Shown: in pieces, positions 44,722-56,601 of the stretch
Position numbering within the stretch: the stretch's first letter is position 1
Layout of the letters: every line of letters begins with the position of its first letter
NCBI GenBank assembly: GCA_000165425.1
Contig: CT868663.1
Location: 62,001 to 126,000, forward strand
DNA length: 64,000 nucleotides
Source: Paramecium tetraurelia
Lineage: Eukaryota
Direction: 5' to 3'
The notes under the pieces: generated by a model
Database searches by the model: none
Seen by the model: only the letters and a program-made list of their open reading frames with translations
What the model was told of the DNA's origin: nothing
Translations under genes and position numbers: made by a program

Positions 44722-45406
44722 TCACACTAATCTTCTGTCATTGAGTAATTTCTTTATGTAATATACTTACCATGCTGTCACTCCGCAAATGGCGACAGTC
44801 TCAATAAATGTCAACACCATCAATTGCTTATTAATCTTCTGTACATCAGCCAAAGCTCCTTTAGATTTCAATTCATTCAATTTGGTACTATAGAAGACAT
44901 CTCTGATCTTCTGCAGAACCCCTTGTACGCCATCCTCAATGGGATCTATATCATTCTATTCGATTTCCTCTAAAAAAAACGATATTAATGGAATTTGTAC
45001 CCTTGTCGGATTTGGCCACGTCAATGGCAAATTGAACAACCTTAGCCTCCTTTGCTCTCTTGTTTTGAAATATCAATTGATAATCCCCCTTTTCAGTGGC
45101 ATTGAAATTGAACACTGCTTCCTTTTTCATCATTTTCGCATAGATCATGGAACCAGAAGGATCGATCACCTTAAAATCAATAGTGTCCATAGTGTAGATT
45201 GGGATAAAGAAGGTGCCTCTGATGTTGGTGGGAATTTTCTTGATTGTCTCAATAAATATCTCCTCGCCTCCCTTTTCAATTTAGAATGAGATCATATCAT
45301 CAGGTAGAAAGCCTCGCATATATTTATCCCAATCTTGCATGATTTCTTTGGTTTCCTCAATGCTGCACCAAGAGAGCGTGATTAGACTCAATAATATTGG
45401 AAACAT
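44722..45406 (-). CDS. p24/emp24/TMED (GOLD domain) cargo receptor
   Basis: Signal peptide; IDFKVIDPSG, FNATEKGDYQLIF; TM followed by WQVYYIKKLLNDRRLV*. Confidence 0.92.
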
Positions 45407-45607
45407 AAATATATGAATCAATTAAATAATTGTATACTCATACCACGTATGTAAATTTTTATTATTTTTTCTTTTATCAATTACTTCATCCCATTCCTCC
45501 ACACTCCCATCAGTATTCAGTCTCAATTGACCATATCTGTATTTCTTGAACACACATTTGTGAATGTATAACTAAGTTAAGATAATTTTAATATGACGAT
45601 ATTCTGA

Positions 45608-45652
45608 GAGATTCAAGATTAAAGATACAAGATTTCAAGATTTCAAGATTTT
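45608..45652 (+). repeat. Short degenerate tandem repeat with (T)CAAGATT unit
   Basis: gagattcaagattaaagatacaagatttcaagatttcaagatttt; a second mini-repeat (ATGAAT)x3-4 lies at about 45802-45826. Confidence 0.6.
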
Positions 45653-45906
45653 TATCTATCAAAAAGGTTTAAAATGAAATATTGATCAAATACTAAAATT
45701 CAAGAACTATAGGATATCTGAATGCTGATGTCATTTATCATTCAACTTGTTAAAGAACTCTCATGTCAAAAGATATTCTGATGTAATTTAACCTAGAAAA
45801 ATGAATATGAATATGAATATGAAATAAAACTATATCATATTTTTAAAAGTTCTTCATAGGTACTTGTTTAATTTAATAACAATATAAGCTTCATTAAATT
45901 AATATT

Positions 45907-47358
45907 ATGAATTTCATATTAATTGCTTTTTCCTTGCTCATAGTCAATCTTTTAGCATAGTCAAATTAGAGACCATCCTAAAAGAAATTCGTATCAGAAG
46001 CAGTAGAAAAGACCATCGAGAGAGTATTTTTAGATCTAATTAATAGATTTCAGAAAAAATGAAGGATAATAAGCTTAAATACACTTTCATCAATTCATTT
46101 CCTAATACACTTGATACAACGGTAACCAACTATGATCCAAGTATTCCAGATGCCTTTGTGATCACAGGCGATATTACAGCTATGTGGTTAAGAGATAGTA
46201 CTAATTAATTATGGACCTATATGGAGTTTGTGAATTAGGATAGCAAATTACAAAACTTGGTAAAAGGAGCAATCAATCGCCAAGTTAATTAAGTCCTAAT
46301 TGATCCATATGCAAACGCATTCAATTATCAAAAGAAATCGTCAGAATGGAGCAATGACAACACGACTAGATGCTTTTTAGGTGTCAATGCCCATGCAATG
46401 TCACAACATCTCCATGAAAGGAAATTTGAAATTGACTCATTAGTGGCTGTCTTAAGACTAGCTGTTGGTTATTATAAAGAAACTAAAGATGCATCAATCA
46501 TAGATTTTAAATACTTAAAGGCTGTCCAAAGAATACTGAGAACATTCAAGGATTAACAAGCAGACCAAACAGAACAATTTGCAACATTCAGATTTCCCTA
46601 TACTTTTTAGAGGAATGCCAGATCAACCGATACAGTTATTAATGGAATAGGGGAACCAGTTAAAAGAACTGGGTTATTAAGAACATTCTTCAGAGCCTCT
46701 GATGATTCCACAGTCCATTAATTTAATATCCCAGAAAATGCTATGGCTTCGGCAATCTTAAAATAAACAGCAGAGATGTTGAGTGAAGCAAACTTAAGTT
46801 GGTCTTTAAGAAAGGCTGCTGATCCTTTAATTTAAGAGGCTTTTGCATTATCTTCAGAAATTAAAGATGCCATTTACAAATATGGAATAAAGGACGGAGC
46901 ATTTGTGTATGAAGTCGATGGAATGGGAAAGCAAGTGTTTATGGATGATTCAAACCAACCAAGTTTGCTTTCTCTTCCAATTTATGGATTTATTGAAATT
47001 GATGATCCCTTGTATCAAGCAACTAGAAAGAAGGCTCTCAGTTCAGCCAATCCCTATTATTTTTGTGGGAACAGCAGCTAAAGGTATAGGTGGTCCTCAT
47101 ATTGGGGCTAATTACATATGGCCAATGGCTATTGTAACTTAAGGATTGACTACTAATGACAAATAGGAAATCAGAGAATGCTTGAGGATGTTAGTGACAA
47201 CCACTGGAGGCAAATGGTTTATGCATGAAAGCTTTTTCAAAGATAACCCCTCGAGTTTCACAAGATCTTGGTTTGCATGGGCAAATGGATTGTTTGGAGA
47301 ATTAGTGTTAAAGATAGACAAAGAGTATCCAGAATTATTAGAAGAGAATTATGCTTGA
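45907..47358 (+). CDS. Secreted glycoside hydrolase family 125 (exo-alpha-1,6-mannosidase-like) carrying a +1 frameshift
   Basis: FPNTLDTT, ITGDITAMWLRDS, DPYANAF, ERKFEIDS, RASDD, YEVDG, MDDSNQPSLL, GIGGPH, MHESF, FTRSWFAWAN; intron 46024-46046; frame break at about 47060-47070. Confidence 0.9.
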
Positions 47359-47375
47359 TAATATGAATTAATATT

Positions 47376-48998
47376 TCAGTTTTATTTAAGTAAATATGCT
47401 CTTAATCTCATAAACACTTTGATTCCCATCTTCTCTGGCTTAGTAGTCAAGTTGTCTATCATTTCTAAGTGGGCCTTCAAGATTCTTGCTTTTGAATTTT
47501 AATAGTTAAAAATTTGCTCTCCCCAATATGAGTCTTTAGGAACGGTTGGAGTTGAAATCTTTTTGTATAAAGAATTAATAATCCTTCTATATAGCACTAT
47601 GATAGTTTCTTCATTGATTAACTCCTCTCCATCTAGTAATTGGAGATAAGTCCTTAGGAATTTCATCAAATCTAAATTAAATTAACTTTTCTTTATTTTA
47701 AATTCAGAGGTTAACTAATTAAGACTAATCCCTCTAGTGTTTAAATTTAGGAGTTCTTTATAAGGGACATAATGTAATTAAACCAATTTTTCTATGTTTG
47801 TAAGGAAATCATATTTTGTACTGCAATCCATAAATATTCTGAATTTAACTCGGTCATACTTATTCTTACTGAGTGCAAATCCATAATACATCAATAGATG
47901 CTCATTACCTAAACATCCATACAAATTCAAGACCTACTCTCCTTTTTCAATATCATCTACTGCTCTTGCTGTAAGATAAGCTGGACATTTGAGAGTCTAT
48001 TGCTGGATATCTGTGTACCAATCATGTTCGCTTTAATCTAAGGTTTATTCATAGTAATCTCTAAGGTAATCATCATTGACTGCAGCTTAGACCTTTGAAT
48101 CTTTAGTATTCAATTGTTATGATTAGTCATTGCTTTTTTCAGTAGTGGGTTCATCTTCATCTTCTGAATCATCAGGCATCATCAATTTTGTAACCCATAT
48201 ATCTGAGGATCCTGTTCTAAGTAGTTCCTAAAATAGTTTCTCCAGCAATTTATTCAATATTTTAGAACACCTTTCGCTCTCATTTACATTTAGACTCTCT
48301 ATTACTTCTTAATCTTCCTAACTAAACCAATACTTGTTTTGAGAAATGTATTTAAATTTCATGTAATTATTTTAAATGTATTCTTCAGGTTAATAATGCT
48401 CTTATTCCAGACCAAATATTGCTTTATTCTTCCCATGATTTATCATATCTACCATAGGTACTAAAAATGAAAAGGGATAATCATTATTAACACTCAGTCT
48501 TCTATTCATGCAATATCTATATGCCCAATCATAATCCTCAGAATTTAATCCTACTTCCATTACCTCATCTTTGGCTGCCTTATATTCTTCCTCAAATTCT
48601 TGCTTCAATTCTCTTAAATAATCAAATGGGATTGGTTGATCGCAGTCAAGTAAGCAAGTAGGATTTGTTGAGAGATCAAATATTGGCTTTAATTTTCCAT
48701 TTCTTTGAATTGTGAGATAAAGGATCAAAGTCTGAAAATCACTTTTCTTATTCCCAATTTATTGCAAGGATGGATAGATATGAGGACTCTTCTTCATAAT
48801 GTCTACACATTATTCATTTTAGAATACTGTGAATGCACTTATCGCATAATTATGGGAAACCTTTATGACATATTCTCCTGATTTAATATTATCAATGGCT
48901 TTGATTCCAAACATCCCACCGTAATCCTCCATTTCCACTTTATTCATCTACAGACCATCTCTTAGAAATCCAATGTAATTATTCTTTAATTATTACAT
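47376..48998 (-). CDS. SET-domain lysine methyltransferase (Rubisco LSMT/SETD3-like), 540 aa
   Basis: GIKAIDNIKSGE, LVPMVDMINH, GEQVLNLYG, NEHLLMYYGF; intronless. Confidence 0.88.
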
Positions 48999-49019
48999 TA
49001 CAAAAATAAATAAATAATT

Positions 49020-50059
49020 TCATTTTTAATAGTTGTTTTTCCAGGAGTAGATCCCTTCATACTTTTTATTACTGCTACTCTATTCGATCTTTTTCTCTTG
49101 TCCAAATTGCTTTGAAGACCCGTTCTCAGTGGGTTTTAATTACGTCTATTGTTTATATTACCCTTTGATCTTCTCATAGGATATTTGACACTATCAATAT
49201 TGCTATTATATGGTTACATCAAAAAATGGTGAAGTCAAAGGGTGATTCAATTTATGAGTGTCTTTCTGATTATCAGTGTTTATATTGCGTAGCTTTGACT
49301 CCTATAAATTGTAATATAGTATTATACTTTAATACTCATATCACCGAAATCTTTGTAATCTCGAGTACTATCGAATGCTGTCCATTTTATTTAAGGGGAG
49401 AGACTACGTTATGGTCTTAACCACTTTCTTTCCTTGTTCCCCAATTCCTGTCCAAAAACATCGGAGAATTATTAATTTTATTTCTTAGACTAAATATTAA
49501 TCTCATTCTCTATTATTTTTGAAGGGCTTTTATGTTTTGTACTATCCTGATATTATTGCTGCAAATCTTGGTGTTTCCTTTGTTTTGCATAATCTTTTCC
49601 AAACTCTGCCTTCTCATTCACAGAAGTAAGCACTTTACCATAATGCACATTTGTCCATTAGACTGATGTATTAATTAATTGTTAATTCTCAGGGGATTTA
49701 GAAATCACATCCACATTTTGAGTATTCTCAAATACATTGCTCGACAGATCAACTCGCTTTCGTTGTTTATCGCTTCTATTTGTTAACTGCTTAGTAATTT
49801 GGTAATTATTCTTGACTTTATTAAACTTAAGCTATGTTTCTTATTATCTTTAGCCATCATCCTACACAAAGTAGAAGCTGTCCTTTGGTTAATCTTTTGG
49901 TCTGTGAGGCGAACAGGATTTTAGATTTAATAATTAAGGATTGAATTGTAAGACTTATTACATTGTATCTTAAGGTGTGTGTTGTTTTCTTGGAGATTAA
50001 TTCTGATTACTCACATTACCTTTAGTTTATTAATTAACAGGGGAATTATCATATCTCAT
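49020..50059 (-). CDS. Hypothetical protein
   Basis: MRYDNSPVNQQTK...SWKNNYQK*; coding-like composition with at least one short intron. Confidence 0.7.
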
Positions 50060-50294
50060 TATTAATATAAAATATAAAAATTATCCTTTACTTTTTTAGT
50101 AAGCAATTATTAGAAATTATACAATTAACTTCCCACCAATGTCACTTCCCTTTCCATTTTATCATGCCCAATCTCATACTTGACTTATCTTAAGAAATTG
50201 ACTTTAAGTAAGAGAGTGAAGGATGGAATAAACATTGCCCAGAATTTAATTGATAAAATAATGAAAATACACTTGATTTGATTATAAATAATCT

Positions 50295-50651
50295 TCATTT
50301 CATTAAAATCAAATCTCTGGCTAATTTGATGAGCCTATTTTTTAAATTTTCATCTAATCTTTAATTTAATTAAAGGCCACTACACAATAGTATTTCATGG
50401 GTTTTCGAACTCAATTGATCCTATTTGACTACGATCTCTCCTTCAACATCATCTAAGGGCACCTCCTACTTGAACTTCTTGTTTTGATCCCAATACCATT
50501 TATATATCTTTTCTTTTGGTAAATTGGTAAGGTTTGCTATTTCTTTGATTGTGTTTTATCCCCAGATTTATTGCTTTTGGTAAAAGTCATTAAGAGTGTC
50601 AATTTGCTTTTTTGATTTTTTGAAACGGGAACATTTATTCTCCTTAGACAT
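50295..50651 (-). CDS. Small divergent homeodomain protein (118 aa)
   Basis: RFKKSKKQIDTLNDFYQKQQIWGQNTIKEIANLTNLPKEKIYKWYWDQNKKFK fits homeodomain helix spacing. Confidence 0.8.
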
Positions 50652-50828
50652 TAAAAATAAATTAAAAATCGAACAAATTTCATAGCATCAATTTGTGCTA
50701 TCTCAAATAATTACTAAAAAAAGTGTTCCAAAATTTTAATTATTTATAATTTAATTTTAATTTATAACAGATAAATGTTTTATAAATTTTATTTCATATT
50801 TATAAATTTCATTTATTATTATTAATCA

Positions 50829-52090
50829 TCATAAATATTCATAGACGATATTCCCTTTCTTGATAACCTTCCAAATTGGAGAATCAGCAATTTAATAAAT
50901 CAGATGTTCCCAAGTTGGAGCATCTAGAATCACGAAATCTCCCTACTTTCCAACCTCAATAGATCCGATTGTCTTGTGTCTATTTAAAGCAGCAGCAGCG
51001 TTAAGTGTAACAGCACACAAGGCCTCATTTGGTCTCATTTTCAAATTCAAACATGCTAAACTCATAGTAAAAGGCAATGACATGCAATAAGCATTGGGAC
51101 AATAATCAGTGGCCAAAGCAGTTGGGACTCCACTGTCAATCATTTCCCTAACAGGAGGAGGTTACAGTTTCAAAATGAATTGAGTAGTTGGTAGAATAAC
51201 CCCAACCACCTTTTTTTCAGCCATTGCCTTGATTCCCTCTTATGATAACTAAAAATCATAAGCAAATAAATTACATGTTCCAAATGAGATATGGCTATTG
51301 CTCCTAGATCTGCTCCCAACTTGGCAGATTCCAAGTGATTCAATTCCTCCCCATGAAATGAAGGGATCAATCCTATTTTTGCACCTTCCTACAGTATGTT
51401 TTTAGTAGTTTCTATTTCATAAATTCCCTTCTCACAAAACACATCTACAAATTCAGGATGGATCTTATTTTCATCCATCAATTTTTTGATTTGTGGAATT
51501 TGATTCTGGATGACATCTTATTCTGCCTACTTCTCACTCAATCCAGGTGGTAAAGCATGAGCTCCCAAATAAGTTTAAACTATTTCGATTGGGCTCCTCT
51601 TACTCACAGCCTCGATTGTCAATAATTGTTTGACTTCCCCTTCTGTAGATAATCCGAATCCAGATTTTGCTTCCATGGTAGTTGTTCCATTTCTAATGGC
51701 TCTCTTGATTCCACTCTCTAAAATCTATTCCAACTCCTCTTAACTTGCTTAATTCACACATCTGGATGTATACATAATACCTCCTCCCTTGTTGTGAATT
51801 TCCATATATGTTGCTCCTTCCAATTTCATCTTAAATTCTCCAGATCTATCTCCTGCATAACAAGGGTGAGTGTGAGCATCTATCAATCCTGGTAAGACAC
51901 ATCTGCCTCTGCAATCTATGATCTTATAATTTTAATATTTTTCATCAATATCTCCTATATCCACAATCACTCCCTACTCATTAATGGCTACGGATGAATT
52001 CTCCAAAACACACAAGTCAGGATTAGCAAATTTAAATCTCTCTCCTGTTTTAGAAATACACACTATCTATTTTGCTTTAGACAATAACAT
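50829..52090 (-). CDS. hutI: Imidazolonepropionase (histidine utilisation)
   Basis: PGLIDAHTHP, GGGI, GTTTMEAKSGFGL, DVFCEKG, HGEEL, SHLEH, ALATDYCP; one 26-nt intron; 411 aa. Confidence 0.95.
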
Positions 52091-52220
52091 CACAAAATTT
52101 ATAAAATATCTTTTTTTATATTGTCATAGAAAATTGCATTAATATTGTTTACCTTATTAATTTAATTAAAATGTCAAATAGAATCAATGTATTTCATATG
52201 AAAATATTATCATAAGCATT

Positions 52221-53255
52221 TCACGATCTTTAATTAGATCCTGCACTTCTATTTCGTAATTATTAGGACACACTAGGACAAGGTCTCGCAAATGTTCCGT
52301 TTGAATTCGGTCTCCAAGGTCTTTCATAAGTTTAAGTCGCACTCAATTTTTCGAATGTATTCTATTTTGTTTTTATATTTGGAGCCCCTTCCTCCATATA
52401 TTGAAGCACTTCAAAAGTTCCTTAAAAGCCTTTTTTGGTTTAGTTGGATGGTCTAAATGGATTCCCTTTATAAATAGGTGGTTTTTTCTCTAAAGGGTTA
52501 TTGATATATATTACATATTGTATATCCTGCTCCATCTAATAAGATACCTTCTGCAGTAAAGGGTCTATTTCCATGGCTGGTTGTGACAAATCTTGTTGTT
52601 CCAGGTAATTGCTTGCTTTTATGCTGGATTCTCTCCTTTCTATCCATTTCCTCCTATCTATCATAAGGATCAGGAATATATTCAATCTAACTAAACAAAT
52701 TGTTTATTGTTGTCCTGCCTAATCCTTTCTTAGCTGGGTTTGTCAAAAAGTTCCTAGCTTAAGTAACTACATTTCCTGCTGAATTTCGAGTTTTAAAGAC
52801 TTTATCATTATACTCCTTCATGTGTTCGAATTCAGAATGTTTGCTGAATAAGTTGAATTATATACACAGATTTCTAATGGTCGTTGGGTTTAAAGCTATT
52901 GGGATTTTTAATGGCCAATTCTCTCTCTTTGTCGTAAATTTATTTGGCTTTAAATTAGTCTTTATATGGATCATTTAATGTTGTATAGCCAGGTTCTGAA
53001 AACAAAACAGGCTCGTGCTTTTTTTAGAGTTTCTTATTGATAAGGATTGCTTTCTCTTTGCCTTGGCCTTAATATTTAGAAAACATTGTATACTTTTCAA
53101 AGCATCGTTATATTAATCCCCCAATGATAAAGGTGGTGGTTAATTAAATAATCCGTGGCGCTCTCTTTCATTATACATCATAAGTACCTTTGAGAGATAT
53201 TTTCTAAGTCACGAATGTAATTGTCATTAGACGGAACTCTATACTAAGTTGACAT
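52221..53255 (-). CDS. CFAP96: Cilia-associated protein CFAP96/C4orf47 family
   Basis: ERHGLFNQPPPLSLGDQY, FSEPGYTTLNDPY, RNFLTNPAKKG, EYIPDPY; three introns give 320 aa. Confidence 0.75.
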
Positions 53256-54053
53256 CAAATATAAATAATAATTATCATAAATTGTTTTTCATTTAAGAAC
53301 CAAAAGCATTTCAATTCTCAAAATATTTAATGTTCCCCTCTACGTCCTAGAGTCTAAGCGATCTCCAATAATAGAGTTACTGAGAATGAAGTAACGAAAG
53401 TTTATCATCTTATTGATTTAGCAAAAAACAAGATAAACTAGTAGTTAGATTCCCTTATGAAATTTTGAAGAGGAATTTCATTCACCGAAATAGAATGGAA
53501 CATGATTAAAGCTGCATTTATGATTCTTGAAAGATAACAAAATTGTTGTATTGTTGCATTCATAAATTTCGTAAGGTTTTATATCAAATATTGTTTATGA
53601 ACCAAACAAAAATAGTTAAGACTAAATGTTAAGTATTATTTTTAAGATTAAATTATACAACTTGCAAACTACTACTATAATATTTTTTATAACGATAAAA
53701 AATTGGTGTTAGATAATTTTTGAATCATAAACTAGAAATGTAGTTAAGATATGATTAATAGATGTTGAATAAAGAGATTTTTGATTTTAAATTTAAATTC
53801 ATTTTGAATAATAATAAATAAATATAATTTAAATGTTTAACAAATAAGTTTATACTTGAACATTTAATATTTTTGGGATACTCAATTAAATCATAGAGCT
53901 TTATATAGAAATAATACTCTTGAATGAAAAATATAATTAAATTTTATTAGGAATATCAAAAAAAATAATCTTTATAACTGGTTCAATAGAAATGATAATT
54001 ATTTCAACAATGAAGTATTTGAATATTTATAGATAATTACATAATTATATAAA

Positions 54054-54880
54054 TCATTCAAGTTATTCTCTTTCATACAACTAAAAAGCATATATAAAAT
54101 AATTACAGGTCTATCTTGATCCTCTTCATAATATTCTTCTCCTTGATAATCTTCATCTTCCAATTCAACAATATCATCATCCTCATTAATAATATCCTAG
54201 ACATCGACATCATCTTCTTTGTTTTATTTCCTATCAAAATATTGCTTTCCACTAATCTTCTTCATCATTTCCTCTACTTAATTAAAATTCTTTTCTCTCT
54301 TCTTAATTTCATAAATCTCTTAATCGAACTTCTTCTTCCATTCTGTAAAACTTTCAAGTGTAACAGGAGTATTTGTTGCAAATTTAGGCATGGGGGGTAT
54401 ATAAATGTAGTTATCGTCAGGCTTTGAGTTTTATTGATCATATAATTCTTATAAGTACATTGATTGATCAAACACATAATCCTAATTTGTCATTTATATA
54501 AATACCCTCAATGCTTCAACAACTGCAAAGACTATTGGTTGAGAATCTGCTTCTTTTTCATGATGATCAATTACTTATTCACAAACCTTTCTGGCTCTAA
54601 TTAAATTATCCTAGGTGAAATTTCTACTCAATCCTTAAATCTCAAAATGAAATCTTTATGATTTTAATGGGTAATCGTCTGGAAAGGCAATGAAAATTTT
54701 GCAATAGACTACATTATCATGATAAAATTAATCAGCTGGTACGAATGGGGCAACAATTACTTAAAATGAATAAGGATGCACATCTTTTAATTGCTCATAG
54801 TCTGATAAATAGATAGAAGATAATGCATTTAGTTCCTCTTTTTAGAAGTGATCACATTATTCATTATGAGTTTGGATCAT
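54054..54880 (-). CDS. RWDD1: RWD-domain protein (GIR2/RWDD1, DRG partner)
   Basis: QKEELNALSSIY, FPDDYP, TPVTLESFTEWKKKFD, KISGKQYF, acidic tail. Confidence 0.85.
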
Positions 54881-54960
54881 AATTAATTATTTTATTAAAA
54901 TTCATACAAATAATAGAATAGATAAGGGGATATTTTGTAATGTACCAAATATATATGAAA

Positions 54961-55928
54961 TCATGCCTTCTTCTTTAATTTAGCAGCTTATTTGGTGGCG
55001 ATGTCGATCTTTTTTAAAGCATTAGCTCTTCTTTATTTAGCATTTAATCTCTTGGCTCTGTATTTGGTGTGATCTCTCTTTGGATTTTATTTAGCACCTC
55101 TCTTGACTCTGTCGCTATTCTTTCTGATTTCATCGTGAATCTTCTTGAACAATTCTTAAACTGATTTGACACCAGCCTATTAATATTAATTTATTAAATT
55201 ACAGTCTTCAAGGTTTATTCCCAATTGTGGAATTAGACATCAAACTTAGATCTTCCATCTTTGTTTGTCTTCTTCTCCTTTTATAAGAGAGCCATATATT
55301 TATCAACATGAACACCAAAGATTCTGTCCTTGTGAACATTGGCATCATATTTTTCTTTCTTGTCATTATCGACAGAGAATCCTGGGAATCTTCTGTTGTT
55401 GTGGGGGATGTGAATACCACCATCAGCAGCTCCCTTTAAGGCTGCGAAGACTCTGTTACCAAGAGTTGATCTAACCAAACCAATATCAAGAACAGCAAAG
55501 AATGGTCTTCTCTCTGGGTTTTCCTTTTCAGCTACATCATACAAGTTTCCATCAATGGTTTTATTGCCTTCATAGAATTTATCCATCTTCAATGTCTTGA
55601 GTGTTCTTCTGGCCAATAATAAACCTGTGGCATAGGCAGCAGCATAATTTGTCAAACCACTTGTCAAACCGAATCTCTTTAATTCAGTTGATTCAGCAGC
55701 AGCCACTACCTTGTCACCCTTCAAAGTAGCGTAAATGACTTAGCAGATGATCTTAGTATTTGTGTGTCTAACAACAAATCTGTATTTTGGGGAATTGTAT
55801 TTATCCTTGTCTTAGACTATCAATCTGCTTCTTGCATAATAGTCAGTCTTTCCTTCTCTTCGTCTTCTGAATTTAGTTTAGAATCTTTTGAAATAGGGTG
55901 TTCCTTTAACAAGCTTAACAAATGCCAT
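54961..55928 (-). CDS. RPL5: 60S ribosomal protein L5 (uL18)
   Basis: [59 protein letters not shown]; one 26-nt intron. Confidence 0.98.
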
Positions 55929-56601
55929 TAATTATTAAAAAGATTTGAATTTTTCATAAATTACACTCAAACACTTATATATATATTCACAATAATTCAA
56001 GCCCTTATTTGTTAAACTCTAAACATTTCTGTAATTCCTAACTACTCCACCTGTTTCAATAATTGGCAGTTCTATAATAGCAAATGTATTTTATTCTAAA
56101 CCATGATGATAAAAAACTTGAGAATCTTATAAATCTTATACTTTTATGTTATATAGAATTATTGTCTTATTTATTGGCTCTAATATTGATAAATAGATAC
56201 TTAATATTAAATTTCAATATTAATATTTAAAAGAATCTTGAAATTTCAAAACTATCCACAGAATCATATTATTTATTGGCAAGGAAATAAAAAATCATCA
56301 AATTATAAGCTATTAGATATTCATAATTACCGATTAATAATATCTAAAGTTGTAAAAATTGAATGTGTAAATAAAATAATTAGACTTAGTGACTCATAGG
56401 ATAGACTTCTAAGACCTACACATTTTTAAATGATAGAAACAGTATGAACAAAAATTATGGCTGTCTATTTAATAATTAAAAATTATAAACTTTGAACACG
56501 TACATCATAAACCTTTAGATAAATTATTAATAGATATAGAATGTAATTGTATATATTAAACCAGTATACTGATTATTTTTAATATTTATAATTAATTATG
56601 A

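Noticed and set aside
48803..48827. Apparent 25-nt intron in the SET gene
   Set aside because: Splicing creates an immediate TGA, while the unspliced frame is open.
50056..50235. About 59-codon minus-strand ORF whose TGA overlaps the next ATG
   Set aside because: Short, with no homology cue; cannot be distinguished from chance.
55930..56600. ATGATGA (C-box-like) at about 56103 upstream of RPL5, suggesting a C/D snoRNA
   Set aside because: No D box (CTGA) or terminal stem at a suitable distance.
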